The notes under the pieces: model-generated
What the model saw: the letters and a program-made list of their open reading frames with translations, nothing else
Told to the model about the DNA's origin: nothing
Databases searched by the model: none
Translations under genes and position numbers: made by a program
Shown: in pieces, positions 1 through 10,267 of the stretch
Position numbering within the stretch: position 1 is the first letter of the stretch
Layout of the letters: every line of letters begins with the position of its first letter
Assembly (NCBI GenBank): GCA_963693055.1
Contig: OY843751.1
Coordinates: 3,424,001 to 3,488,000, forward strand
DNA: 64,000 nt
Source: a bacterium
GTDB lineage: Bacteria > Zhuqueibacterota > Zhuqueibacteria > Residuimicrobiales > Krinioviventaceae
Direction: 5' to 3'

Positions 1-1458
1 TTCACCTTCTCCTGCTTTTTCAGTCTGTCCCTGGGATATCACTGTCAAGTCGGGACTGGTTTTTACGGTCATTTCAAAATCAATAAAATCCTGATTTTGT
101 TGATAACCAAATCCATTGGTACCCATGGCACCAGCTACAGGATACCAGAGATTTTCACGGGTTAGCAAAACATAATCAGGTTTTACGAAACTGTGCTTTT
201 TGCCCAATTTGTACATAGCCAGACTGTTTAGCAATTGTTCCTGCTCTACAGATAAATCAGGATAACAGGCAAAATCCAATGGAGCGCCTGAATAATTGAC
301 TGTTAGCGTTTTGGTATCTCCTGCTGCAATACCGCCTGAATCGGTAATTATTAACAAGTGCTGGTTCTGTTTGAATTCAAGAGATGTATTATCTATAGAA
401 ACCGATTTAACTTTAAATCCGGGGTTCAAGCTGAAAACAAGTTCGGTACTTTTTTTCCCAGTAGTATTCTGAATATTTAATACGGCAGTTGCTTGAATAA
501 TGTTTCCCAGATGTTCAACATTCAGATTGCAATTTTTGACAGATACAATGGGATGGCTTTTATATTGTTCATTCAGGTTTAAAATTTGCGCACGAACATT
601 TTTATGTTGAAAATATTGAGTAACATAACTCACAGAAAAAAATGATGCCAATGCAACAAAAATAACAAAAAACACCATAGACAAACGGTTCATGAAATTC
701 GATTGGGGCAACCGTTTCATAAACGTAACGGTCAAGAATATGAATCCGAGTCCAAAGAAAAGATAAATTGAGCGTTGTAATATGATCTGATGCAGATCAC
801 TAAAACCTACAAAGTCAGAAAAAGCAAGCGGCAGGTAAAACGCAACAAAGTCAAAAATATAATTCACCTTGCTGCCCAGATAAAAAATGGTCAATGCAAC
901 CAGACCAATCATAATCACCCAGGTGACCGGAGGGTTCCGAAAAATTGACATAAAAATAAAAGCGATTCCAATGGCAAATATCATGGTTGGTAAACTGATA
1001 ATTAGAAAATAAACCAAAAAGTTTAATGCCTGAAACGGAACATCAGCAAAAATACCATTGACTATGGCCCCCATCAACAACACGAGTAAATTCAGCGTAA
1101 TAAAAACCGAAATTACACCTATTGTTTTACCAATAACATATTCAGCATTGGAAATAGAGCGCATATAGATAACTTCCACAGTGCTTGCTTTGGTATCTCG
1201 TTTTAAAAAGTCAGAAGCCAGAAAAACACAGAGAATAGCCTGTACCGTATTTAACATCATTAAATTGAAATAAGGTACAGAAGAAGGGATGCCTCGCAGC
1301 AGCCAGGGGACAAATTCACTCACCCCGGTAAAAAAAATAATATTTAAAAAAGTTAATAATCCAACTACAACCAATCCAAAAATCCGAAAAAACCAACTGC
1401 GAAACAACAACTTTTGTTCATAACGCGCTACTACCCAGAGATTATATAAAGAGAACAT
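1..1458 (-). CDS. ABC-2 type permease fused to a large extracytoplasmic (M1 aminopeptidase-like) region; partial, 3' part runs off the left window edge
   Basis: Not in the ORF track; translated by hand. ATG at 1458 with GAGG RBS, N-terminus MFSLYNLWVVARYEQKLLFRSWFFRIFG, internal FLASDFLKRD...EVIYMRSISNAEYVIGK, several TM segments, then LLTRENLWYP. Frame appears to stay open to position 1. Directly downstream of an ABC ATPase. Confidence 0.8.
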   Translation of the reverse strand, partial: MFSLYNLWVVARYEQKLLFRSWFFRIFGLVVVGLLTFLNIIFFTGVSEFVPWLLRGIPSSVPYFNLMMLNTVQAILCVFLASDFLKRDTKASTVEVIYMRSISNAEYVIGKTIGVISVFITLNLLVLLMGAIVNGIFADVPFQALNFLVYFLIISLPTMIFAIGIAFIFMSIFRNPPVTWVIMIGLVALTIFYLGSKVNYIFDFVAFYLPLAFSDFVGFSDLHQIILQRSIYLFFGLGFIFLTVTFMKRLPQSNFMNRLSMVFFVIFVALASFFSVSYVTQYFQHKNVRAQILNLNEQYKSHPIVSVKNCNLNVEHLGNIIQATAVLNIQNTTGKKSTELVFSLNPGFKVKSVSIDNTSLEFKQNQHLLIITDSGGIAAGDTKTLTVNYSGAPLDFACYPDLSVEQEQLLNSLAMYKLGKKHSFVKPDYVLLTRENLWYPVAGAMGTNGFGYQQNQDFIDFEMTVKTSPDLTVISQGQTEKAGEGE

Positions 1459-1472
1459 AGTTTGCCTCAAAA

Positions 1473-2378
1473 TTAAAAAATAATGTGTTCTTTATTTTCA
1501 ACACCAAACTCCATGCGGTAAACATATGCATGTTCAAGATTGGGTTCGATGGGTTTTCCGGGGAAATCGTTCAACTCTTCAGCAACAACCTGAACTTCCC
1601 AGCCATGGTCTGATGGAATTGTTGAAATAACCGGATACTTTTCTTTAATCCCTTCAAGCTCCTGGTCCACAGCTTCAATAGCCCATACATGACCGCGGCA
1701 TTCCTCAATTAACAGCTCGGGTGAATCATTAAAGATAACTTGTCCCTTGTTCAACAAAGCCATATCCGTACAGGTACTGGAAATATCGCCTACAATGTGT
1801 GTAGAGAGAATAATAATAACATCTTGTGTGCTTAATTCAGACAATAAATTCCGAAAACGAATACGTTCCTCAGGATCAAGACCGGTTGTAGGTTCATCGA
1901 CAATGATAATTTTAGGTGTACCAATCAAAGCCTGAGCAATACCCAACCGACGTTTCATACCACCCGAGAGTTTGGTTGCCTGTCTGTCGCGTACCTGAAA
2001 TAAACCAACGCGTTCCAGCATTTCATCAACAGCGTTCATGCGTTCGGCTTTCTTTTTCAAACCGGCAAGGCAACCTACATAATCAAGAAATTCCCAGGTC
2101 CTCAAACGTGAAACCACCTGAAAATCCTGTGGAAGGTAGCCCAGAACCGCACGAATTTCTTTGCGGTTCTTTTGCAGGTCCCAATCATTCACCTTGACGA
2201 CACCCTTACTTGGCTTTAACAAGGTTACCAAAATACGCATTAGAGAAGTTTTGCCCGCCCCATTAGGACCCAATAAACCAAACATCCCGTTATGAATTTC
2301 AAGGTTAACATTGTTTAAAGCCTGGTGTCCATTTTTGTAAATTTGAGCTAGATTTTGGATAGAGATGTGCATAATCAA
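1473..2378 (-). CDS. ABC transporter ATP-binding protein (ABC-2 exporter type)
   Basis: Walker A GPNGAGKT, signature LSGGM, Walker B IIVDEP, H-loop STH. Confidence 0.95.
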   Translation of the reverse strand: MIMHISIQNLAQIYKNGHQALNNVNLEIHNGMFGLLGPNGAGKTSLMRILVTLLKPSKGVVKVNDWDLQKNRKEIRAVLGYLPQDFQVVSRLRTWEFLDYVGCLAGLKKKAERMNAVDEMLERVGLFQVRDRQATKLSGGMKRRLGIAQALIGTPKIIIVDEPTTGLDPEERIRFRNLLSELSTQDVIIILSTHIVGDISSTCTDMALLNKGQVIFNDSPELLIEECRGHVWAIEAVDQELEGIKEKYPVISTIPSDHGWEVQVVAEELNDFPGKPIEPNLEHAYVYRMEFGVENKEHIIF

Positions 2379-2471
2379 GTCTTTATATTAGAGATGATAT
2401 AAAATTACCTGAAAGTTGGAATCCCAAATGGATTTCTGTAAATAATAACGGATTGTTGAAATAAAAGTTCT

Positions 2472-2508
2472 AAAAAAAATAAAAAAATCCCGCTATTGAG
2501 CGGGATTT
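2472..2508 (-). terminator. Rho-independent terminator after the LOG gene
   Basis: Stem AAATCCCGCT-attg-AGCGGGATTT followed by a T-run on the minus strand, just past the stop at 2516. Confidence 0.8.
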
Positions 2509-2515
2509 ATATTTT

Positions 2516-3397
2516 TTACCAATGCCAGTATTTTCGCTTGCCAACAAATTCTTTTTCAAAATGCTTTCGCAGTGTGATAAATGCATCTTCAACATCATCA
2601 ACAAAACTGAAAAGATTCAAATCTTCAGCATTGATGACTCCCCATTCAACAAGCTTGTCAAAGTTAATTATGCTTTTCCAGTAATCAGTACCATAAACAA
2701 TAACATTCAGAGGTTTTTTAACTTTTTCGGTTTGCCTCAAGGTCAGCAATTCAAATAACTCATCAAATGTACCAAATCCACCCGGGAAAACCACCAGCGC
2801 TTTGGCTGTATAAACAAACCAGAACTTGCGCATAAAAAAGTAATGAAAATCAAATGACAAATGTGGAGTAATATAAGGATTCGGATCCTGCTCCATGGGC
2901 AAGCTGATATTAAAACCAACAGTCTTGCCACCAGCTTCAGCAGCGCCACGGTTTGCGGCTTCCATAATACCAGGGCCGCCACCAGAGCACACCATAAATC
3001 GCTGCTTTTCATCAAGATCTAACGACCATTTTGTCAATTGATAAGCAAGCTGCCTGGCGTCTTCATAATAGCGAGACATTTCAAGACCTTGTTTTGCGGT
3101 AAAAAGTTTTTTTTCAATTTCAGCTTTATCCGCGTTACCATTTCCTGCCGCAATCTCTGCTTCAATGGCTTTAAGATCTTTATCAGCATCTGCATGAGAA
3201 GGAATTCTCGCAGAGCCGTAAAATACAACCGTATCTTTGATATCATAATGGCGAAGACGGCTCGCCGGTTCAAGATATTCTGCAAGAATACGTATAGTTC
3301 TGGCATCCGAACTGTTTAAAAATTTTGAATTTTTATAAGCTTTGGAATATTCAAAAGCTTCATTATCATGCATTGCAGAATGATCAGTTTTATCCAT
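2516..3397 (-). CDS. LOG family (TIGR00730 Rossmann-fold) nucleotide phosphoribohydrolase
   Basis: YGSAR, SGGGPGIMEA, FFMRK and PGGFGTFDE motifs. Confidence 0.9.
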   Translation of the reverse strand: MDKTDHSAMHDNEAFEYSKAYKNSKFLNSSDARTIRILAEYLEPASRLRHYDIKDTVVFYGSARIPSHADADKDLKAIEAEIAAGNGNADKAEIEKKLFTAKQGLEMSRYYEDARQLAYQLTKWSLDLDEKQRFMVCSGGGPGIMEAANRGAAEAGGKTVGFNISLPMEQDPNPYITPHLSFDFHYFFMRKFWFVYTAKALVVFPGGFGTFDELFELLTLRQTEKVKKPLNVIVYGTDYWKSIINFDKLVEWGVINAEDLNLFSFVDDVEDAFITLRKHFEKEFVGKRKYWHW

Positions 3398-3416
3398 AAA
3401 AAAACCTTTCTTTCGG

Positions 3417-4178
3417 TTAAAAATTTCTCATCAACCAGATCAATGTCTGGCGTATTGCTTGCCTGCGATGATTTGAGGTTTGAAATGTATGCCCTGCTTC
3501 GGGTATTTCCATAAAATCTGCCGGAGGTATAACAATATCCCTGAATTTATGAAATCCCTCAACAAATACGGGATTATCAGCGGTACCCTGTAATATAAAT
3601 TTGGGTATAGCTATCTCTTTTAACGAGTCTCTCACATCATACGCAAGTGCGTCAAGCATAAAATCTTTATGAATTCTCCACCCATTGTAATCAATCACGG
3701 TGATATCATTATCAACCGCCTTTTGGAATTCAGATGTTTTATCTTTAAAAATCTCCTGCATATCTGGCACCGATGACCACAATACTATTGCCTGAATATC
3801 CAGATCTTTTGCAGTAAGAATAGCGGTTGCCGCGCCCATACTTATTCCCAATACTGCAATTTGAGAATATCCTTTTTGCTTTAAAAATTCAAAAGCATCG
3901 CGCAGATTTTGAATATTGATAGACACACGGGTTTCTTCAAAATCACCCTCACTGTCTCCTGATCCATAAAAGTCAAAACGTAAAACATCACAATGTTGCT
4001 CAGCAAATATTCTTGCAGCTTCTACATATAATCTTTTATTTTCAATTTTACTTCCGGTAAAACCATGACACATAATCAGTGCCTTTTCATGTCCGGCGGT
4101 ATGCATTATACCAACCAGTTGACTATTGTCACTAATGAATGTTACAGGTGTTTCTGTTGTTTTTTTCTTTTTAGCCAT
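3417..4178 (-). CDS. Alpha/beta hydrolase (esterase-like)
   Basis: HGFTG oxyanion motif, RFDFYGSGDSEG, nucleophile elbow GISMG, QGTAD, AGH. Confidence 0.9.
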   Translation of the reverse strand: MAKKKKTTETPVTFISDNSQLVGIMHTAGHEKALIMCHGFTGSKIENKRLYVEAARIFAEQHCDVLRFDFYGSGDSEGDFEETRVSINIQNLRDAFEFLKQKGYSQIAVLGISMGAATAILTAKDLDIQAIVLWSSVPDMQEIFKDKTSEFQKAVDNDITVIDYNGWRIHKDFMLDALAYDVRDSLKEIAIPKFILQGTADNPVFVEGFHKFRDIVIPPADFMEIPEAGHTFQTSNHRRQAIRQTLIWLMRNF

Positions 4179-4193
4179 AAATATACAATCCGA

Positions 4194-5450
4194 TTACTTG
4201 AATTTTTCCGCAACAACCTGGCTGATATGTTTGACCTGTACCGGCATTTTATTTTTTCTGGTACCAAATGCCAACTGCATTACACATGCAGGACAGGCTG
4301 TTACAAGCACATCTGCTTCTGTTGCTTTTACATTGTCCATTTTAATATCAAGGATTTCAAAAGACATTTCAGGATGCGCAATATTATAAGATCCGGCTCC
4401 ACCGCAACACATGTCTGCTTTATCCATTTCAATAAAATCAACATGAGAAAGAGTTTGCAGTATATTACGAGGAGCTTTTCTTTCTTTTAAATGATGCACC
4501 AAATGACAAGGATCGTGATATGTCATTTTGATCATTCTCCCGTTTGTGGGAAATTCAACATCATTAATATTTTCATTAATCCAGTTGGTCATGTCTTTAA
4601 ACTTGGCAGCAACTTTTTCTGCTCTTTTTTTCAAACCAGAATTTTCAGTGATTTCAGCGTAACTTTTAATAAATGAAGAGCAGCTCCCACAATCACTTAT
4701 AATTACATCTGCATCTGTTTTTTCAAGAATTTCAATATTCTTTTCAGCAAACCATTGAACTGAATCCAGATCTCCGTATGCATATGCAGGCAATCCACAG
4801 CAGACATTATCCAAAATCTCTACATCATAACCAAAGTTCTGCATTACTTTGATGCTTGCTTCACCAATATCAGGCTGCGCGTAATTTATACCGCATCCGC
4901 TAAAGTAGGCAATTTTGCCCCTGGCATTGGGAACCGTTATATTTTTTGCTCCCATTCGTTCACGAAGATTTTTAAACGGGATCTTTTCCAACAATTGTTC
5001 AGCATTGGCAAGGTTTCGACCAAACCATCCCAACACTCTAAATACCTGAACAATTTTTGACAAACCGCTGTTTTTACCAACGGATACCAGCTTCAGCAAA
5101 TTAGCCAACTCTTTGGGATGGCGTAATAGATGTTTAAAAATATACTTTTGTAAAGCCGGTTGGCCATATTTTTTAATATATTCATGTCTTGCATGTGCAA
5201 TTACATGATCAGTCTTGACCGATGGAAAACAATTGCTATAACAGGCATTACACATTAAACACTCGAATATCATCTCTTTGGTATCGCGTGTTAATTCGAT
5301 CTTGTTCTCAATAATACCGCGAACCAGCTGGTGCCTGCCCCGTGCTACCTGATGCTCTTTACCTGACACAACAAATGTAGGACAAGTGGGTTGACAAAAG
5401 CCACATTTGCTGCATGATATTACATCATTATATACATTCTCAATCGACAC
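4194..5450 (-). CDS. glcF: Glycolate/lactate oxidase Fe-S subunit (GlcF-like)
   Basis: Two CxxCxxCxxxC ferredoxin motifs and two CCG domains (CCGLP, YHDPCH...CCGGAG, TACPAC); adjacent to GlcD/GlcE homologs. Confidence 0.85.
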   Translation of the reverse strand: MSIENVYNDVISCSKCGFCQPTCPTFVVSGKEHQVARGRHQLVRGIIENKIELTRDTKEMIFECLMCNACYSNCFPSVKTDHVIAHARHEYIKKYGQPALQKYIFKHLLRHPKELANLLKLVSVGKNSGLSKIVQVFRVLGWFGRNLANAEQLLEKIPFKNLRERMGAKNITVPNARGKIAYFSGCGINYAQPDIGEASIKVMQNFGYDVEILDNVCCGLPAYAYGDLDSVQWFAEKNIEILEKTDADVIISDCGSCSSFIKSYAEITENSGLKKRAEKVAAKFKDMTNWINENINDVEFPTNGRMIKMTYHDPCHLVHHLKERKAPRNILQTLSHVDFIEMDKADMCCGGAGSYNIAHPEMSFEILDIKMDNVKATEADVLVTACPACVMQLAFGTRKNKMPVQVKHISQVVAEKFK

Positions 5451-5465
5451 GTTAACTACCTCTTG

Positions 5466-6719
5466 CTATATTCCATCAATAAACCGACCACCTGCAAATA
5501 CACCCTTGGGATCAAACTCCTGTTTCAATTTTCTATGCCAAATAGAATGGTCCGGCTGCACATCCCATGCGTCACATGAGCTCTCTGCAAACTCGGGTCC
5601 ATTAAAACATAAAAGCTTGCCCTCAAGATTATGCGCATGATTACGTAATTCTTGCAGAGTTTCTAATGTAAAACTATCTTTATCAATCCGGGCCAAAACG
5701 ATACCTTTACCCGGATAGCTTTCAATCTGCTTTGCAGAAAAACCAGCATCAGTATGTACTTGCTCCATTACTTCAGAAACTTTAGAAACCGGCACAATCC
5801 ATTTTAACAGTGTTTCTTTTTCAACATCCAATTTTTTTGATTGAAAGGATTCAAGATACTCATTCCATGATAAAGATTTCAGTTTACCAGTACTAAACAT
5901 ACTCTCCAGTTTGTTTTGATAAAATTCTTTCTCATTTGAAATACAGCCACATTCAACAAGCATTGATGTCTTTTGATCTTTTACAACACAGTTAAAAGCC
6001 AATAAAGGCAAGGCACTGGTATTTACCAGTTTTTGCACAGGCAGCATTTCTTTGGGTGAGTTGATATCCATTTCAACAACCAGAACAATCTCCGGGATGG
6101 GTGAAAGTTTTAGCGTCAATTCGGTAACAACTCCCAGAGTGCCCATAGCCCCAATGAATAGTTTAGCCATATCATAACCGGCGACATTTTTCACAGTCTT
6201 GCCGCCAAAGCGGATCTTGCTGCCATTTGCCAGTACCGCGCGACCGCCTAAAACCAGGTCTCGAAAAGTTCCATATCCTTCAATCCAGCTGCCATAAATA
6301 TTTGCCGAAACCAATCCACCAAGTGTCGCGGTTCCAGCACATGGATTTACCGGTAGCAACAATCCTTTTTCCCCGGCAATCTTTTGCAGTTCATCTAATG
6401 TCATTCCGCTACCAACACTGATTGTCAGGTTATCAGGTTCAAACTCGTTAACACCATTCAATAAACGTGTAGACAATGTAATATCATGAGCATTAAGCGG
6501 ATTACCAGGAATTTGATGCTGTCCGCTTCCCCAGATATTTACTACAGATCCTGAATGCGCGCATTCAGAAAGCAGATCGGCCATTTGGTCTACGTTTTCT
6601 GGTTCAATAACAGCAAAGGGAGATTTATTTTTTACTGAAAATTTATTACAGGTTTCCTGATCGAGATATATATGTTTGTGTTGAAATTTTTCAATCAAAG
6701 TTCGGGGATCATCAAGCAT
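5466..6719 (-). CDS. glcE: FAD-binding oxidoreductase (GlcE-like)
   Basis: PCMH FAD domain, GGKTVKNVAGYD, GAMGTLG, C-terminal FDPKG. Confidence 0.8.
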   Translation of the reverse strand: MLDDPRTLIEKFQHKHIYLDQETCNKFSVKNKSPFAVIEPENVDQMADLLSECAHSGSVVNIWGSGQHQIPGNPLNAHDITLSTRLLNGVNEFEPDNLTISVGSGMTLDELQKIAGEKGLLLPVNPCAGTATLGGLVSANIYGSWIEGYGTFRDLVLGGRAVLANGSKIRFGGKTVKNVAGYDMAKLFIGAMGTLGVVTELTLKLSPIPEIVLVVEMDINSPKEMLPVQKLVNTSALPLLAFNCVVKDQKTSMLVECGCISNEKEFYQNKLESMFSTGKLKSLSWNEYLESFQSKKLDVEKETLLKWIVPVSKVSEVMEQVHTDAGFSAKQIESYPGKGIVLARIDKDSFTLETLQELRNHAHNLEGKLLCFNGPEFAESSCDAWDVQPDHSIWHRKLKQEFDPKGVFAGGRFIDGI

Positions 6720-6729
6720 AAAATTGACC

Positions 6730-8118
6730 TTATTCTATCAAACCTTGTACAAATATTTTTCCGGGATTACAGAGTTTGGAAGGATCAAAAACCTGTTTTA
6801 CCTGCTTCATAGCATTCAAGTCCTGATCATTAAACAAATATTGCATTGCTTTACGTTTTTCCATTCCAACACCATGTTCACCGGTAATTGTTCCACCCAG
6901 ATCAACACACAACTGCATGATCTTTTCGCAGCCTTGTATTACTCTGTCGGTTTCTTTTAAATCGCGTTCATCATAAACAATAATAGGATGTATATTGCCA
7001 TCACCTGCATGTAACAATGTGCCGTATTGCAGATCATATTCTTTACAAATCTTGTCAATTTCAATCAAAGCAGTAGGAAGCTGATTACGGGGAACGGTTC
7101 CATCAAACACTACCAGAGATGGATTTAAACGCGTCATAGCACCCAAAGCTCCGCGTCTTCCGGCCCACAAAGCATCACGCTCTTCATCGTTACCTGCTAA
7201 TCGGATTTCTCCCGCATTATTATCCCTGCATATTTGTGTTATTACATCTACCTGTTTTGCCAGATTTTGGACAAAACCATCTACTTCTATAATTAAAATG
7301 GCAGCAGCATCAACCGGATAGTCTACATTCAAAGATTTTACTACAGTTCTGATACACAAATTGTCCATATATTCAAGAGTTGCCGGTATAATTCCACGTG
7401 CAATAATATCTGACACTGCCTGTGCTGCATGCTCAATATCATTAAATGAAACCAGCAGCGTTTCAAGACTTTCTGGTTTGGGTTGAATATGCAAAAACAA
7501 TTTGGTAACAATACCCAGGGTTCCTTCAGAACCATTCATAACACCAACAAAATCATAACCCGATGATTGAAATGTTTTACCACCAAACTGTACGGTTTCA
7601 CCATTGGGCATCACTATTTCTAATCCCAGAACATGGTTAACAGTAACACCATATTTTAAGCAATGAGGTCCACCGGCGTTCATAGCAACGTTACCGGCAA
7701 GTGTAGAAACTTTTTGACTGGCAGGATCAGGAGCAAAGAAAAACCCGTATTTACTCAAAGCATTTTGCAATTCAAGATTAAAAACACCCGGTTCTACAAC
7801 CGCTACCCTGTTTTCAATATCTATCTCGAGTATATTGTTCAACTTTGAGCATTCAATTACAATACCCCCCATTTCTGCAATAGATCCTCCACACAAGTTT
7901 GTGGCAGATCCTCTTGCAATGTAAGGAATTTTCTCAGAAACTGCGAGCTGTACAATTTGCTTAATATGCTCTGTTTCCAAAGGAAAAACAACAACATCCG
8001 GTTTGCCCAGTTCTATACTTGCGTCAAATCCATAAAGAAACAGGTCCAGATCTTTACATAAAACATTTTCCTTGCCGCAAATTGATATTAATCTTTTTAA
8101 GACAGACTTTTCCAGCAT
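6730..8118 (-). CDS. glcD: FAD-linked glycolate/D-lactate oxidase subunit (GlcD-like)
   Basis: PDPASQ, NAGGPHCLKYGVT, GSEGTLG, HAGDGNIHP, GEHGVG; start placed at ATG 8118 (MLEKSV). Confidence 0.9.
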   Translation of the reverse strand: MLEKSVLKRLISICGKENVLCKDLDLFLYGFDASIELGKPDVVVFPLETEHIKQIVQLAVSEKIPYIARGSATNLCGGSIAEMGGIVIECSKLNNILEIDIENRVAVVEPGVFNLELQNALSKYGFFFAPDPASQKVSTLAGNVAMNAGGPHCLKYGVTVNHVLGLEIVMPNGETVQFGGKTFQSSGYDFVGVMNGSEGTLGIVTKLFLHIQPKPESLETLLVSFNDIEHAAQAVSDIIARGIIPATLEYMDNLCIRTVVKSLNVDYPVDAAAILIIEVDGFVQNLAKQVDVITQICRDNNAGEIRLAGNDEERDALWAGRRGALGAMTRLNPSLVVFDGTVPRNQLPTALIEIDKICKEYDLQYGTLLHAGDGNIHPIIVYDERDLKETDRVIQGCEKIMQLCVDLGGTITGEHGVGMEKRKAMQYLFNDQDLNAMKQVKQVFDPSKLCNPGKIFVQGLIE

Positions 8119-8181
8119 TACTTTCTTTCTATTATAATTGACTTGTAAATATAACAAGCATGTGACAGGAAAACAAGCGCT

Positions 8182-8898
8182 TTATAATTTACCAAATAGA
8201 CTCTGGAATTTTAACTTCCAGACCATCCAAATGGCTTCGCGAAGTATTTTTTTAGACATTTTGGAAATACCGGCACGACGATCAAGGAAAATGATAGGAA
8301 TTTCACCCAGTGTAAATCCTTTTTTCCATGCCTTGTAACTCATTTCAATCTGAAATGAATACCCATTAGATGTTACTTTATCGAGATCTAAAGATTCCAA
8401 TACTTTACGATTAAAACATTTAAATCCGCTTGTACAATCATGAAGAGGCAAACCGGTAATAATGCGGGTATATAAACTGGCACCCATACTTAATAAGAGC
8501 CGACTCAATGGCCAGTTAATTACATTAACACCATTCACATAACGTGACCCCATAACCAGATCATAATCTTTTGCAGCATTGATCAGGTTTGGCAATTCTT
8601 TGGGATCATGTGAAAAATCAGCATCCATTTCGATCATGTAATCATAATCACGTTCCAGAGCATATTTGAAGCCGGCAACGTATGCTGTACCTAATCCTTG
8701 TTTGCCTTCCCGGCTCATCAGGTGAATGCGGGAATCATTTTCAGATAAACGGGTAACCAAATCACCTGTACCATCGGGAGAATTGTCATCTACAATGAGG
8801 ATGTCAAGATTTTCAATATTTTGTTCAAATACGGCAGAGACCAGGTTTTCAATATTTTCCCGTTCATTATAGGTTGGAACAATAACCAATGTTTTCAA
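8182..8898 (-). CDS. Polyprenol monophosphomannose synthase (GT2, DPM1/Ppm1-like)
   Basis: PTYNE, VDDNSPDGTG, GLGTAY, MDADFSH, GSRY, GYSFQIE. Confidence 0.9.
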   Translation of the reverse strand: MKTLVIVPTYNERENIENLVSAVFEQNIENLDILIVDDNSPDGTGDLVTRLSENDSRIHLMSREGKQGLGTAYVAGFKYALERDYDYMIEMDADFSHDPKELPNLINAAKDYDLVMGSRYVNGVNVINWPLSRLLLSMGASLYTRIITGLPLHDCTSGFKCFNRKVLESLDLDKVTSNGYSFQIEMSYKAWKKGFTLGEIPIIFLDRRAGISKMSKKILREAIWMVWKLKFQSLFGKL

Positions 8899-8916
8899 AG
8901 GCTACTCCGCGATAAA

Positions 8917-9801
8917 TTAATATGCCATATATTTTTTCAGACCTGTAATTACATCACTGAATTTCATATTCAATTCCGATTCGGCACGTTTTACAATCAA
9001 ACCTGAATTCAAAGGCCTTGGGGCTGCCTGGCCCAATTCTGCAGTTGAAATTGATTGTATTAATGAAGCATCAAGTTTATATAATTCAGCAATTTTAAGT
9101 GCAAATCCGTATCGGTTCACAATTTCACTTCCGGCCGTATTCAATGTACCCGAATATCCGGTTTTTACAACATTCCAAACAGCCGTTGCCAGTTCTTCAG
9201 CAAGCGTTGTATTGCCATATTGATCATTTACTATTCTTACCGTATTGCCGACCTTGAGCTGTCCTACCAGCCAATCGACAAAATTGGGTCTGGTATTCAA
9301 TGTGCGGCCATATAAAACCATGGTTCGTAGAATTGCAAAATCGATGGTAGAGCCCAACAATTCATTTTCAGATGCCAGTTTGCTTCTTCCATAATACCCT
9401 AATGGATTGGGACGTGCATCTTCATCATAGGGTCCGTTTTTACCATCAAATATATAATCGGTCGATATGTGGACAAGTTTAGCTTTGAGCTTGCGTGAAC
9501 AATATACAAGATTACTAACAAGATCCACATTGATCTTCCAGCAAGTTTCTTTATCTGTTTCAGCAGCATCAACATTGGTAAATGCTGCAGCATTAACAAT
9601 CACATTCGGAGATAATTCTTTAATCAATCTCCAGGCAAGGTCTCTATCAGTCAAATTCTTTTGAATATATTGATGATCTTCAAGAGCTACTCCCTTTTCA
9701 TGGACATCTATACCGATTATATTAGAATTATCTGGCTGTGTAAACACTAAATTTTGTCCCAGCAGTCCATTACATCCAGCTATCAATATCTTTTTTTTCA
9801 T
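8917..9801 (-). CDS. rfbD: dTDP-4-dehydrorhamnose reductase (RmlD/RfbD family)
   Basis: GCNGLLG, NAAAFTNVDAAE, HISTDYIFDG, YGRSK, DQYG, APRP; start at ATG 9801. Confidence 0.88.
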   Translation of the reverse strand: MKKKILIAGCNGLLGQNLVFTQPDNSNIIGIDVHEKGVALEDHQYIQKNLTDRDLAWRLIKELSPNVIVNAAAFTNVDAAETDKETCWKINVDLVSNLVYCSRKLKAKLVHISTDYIFDGKNGPYDEDARPNPLGYYGRSKLASENELLGSTIDFAILRTMVLYGRTLNTRPNFVDWLVGQLKVGNTVRIVNDQYGNTTLAEELATAVWNVVKTGYSGTLNTAGSEIVNRYGFALKIAELYKLDASLIQSISTAELGQAAPRPLNSGLIVKRAESELNMKFSDVITGLKKYMAY

Positions 9802-9805
9802 AGAA

Positions 9806-10264
9806 TCAGATCTTGCAGCCTTTATCACGGAACTGTTTCAACTTTACTTTAATACTTTCATTGGTAAGAGAAAGCATTTGTGCTACATAGATAGCAGCAT
9901 TTGCCGCACCGGCTTTACCAATTGCCATAGTAGCTACCGGTACACCTTTGGGCATTTGCACAATAGCATAAAGAGCGTCAACACCATTCAATGCGGAACC
10001 TGCTAGAGGAACACCAATAACCGGAACAGTTGTCATGCTGGCAATTACACCCGGTAAATGAGCTGCCATACCGGCACCTGCAATAATAGCAGAAAAACCA
10101 CGTGCTTCGGCATTTTTTGCAAACTCGGCAGTTTGCTCAGGGGTGCGATGTGCAGATAAAGTAAAAACTTCGCTTTCTATCCCAAAATATTGTAAATATT
10201 CTTTTGCAAGGGCCATTACTTCAGCATCTGAAGTACTTCCCATAACGATTGCTGCTTTTGGCAT
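9806..10264 (-). CDS. purE: N5-carboxyaminoimidazole ribonucleotide mutase
   Basis: MGSTSD, SAHRTP, AGAGMAAHLPG, QMPKGVPVA. Confidence 0.97.
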   Translation of the reverse strand: MPKAAIVMGSTSDAEVMALAKEYLQYFGIESEVFTLSAHRTPEQTAEFAKNAEARGFSAIIAGAGMAAHLPGVIASMTTVPVIGVPLAGSALNGVDALYAIVQMPKGVPVATMAIGKAGAANAAIYVAQMLSLTNESIKVKLKQFRDKGCKI

Positions 10265-10267
10265 TAT

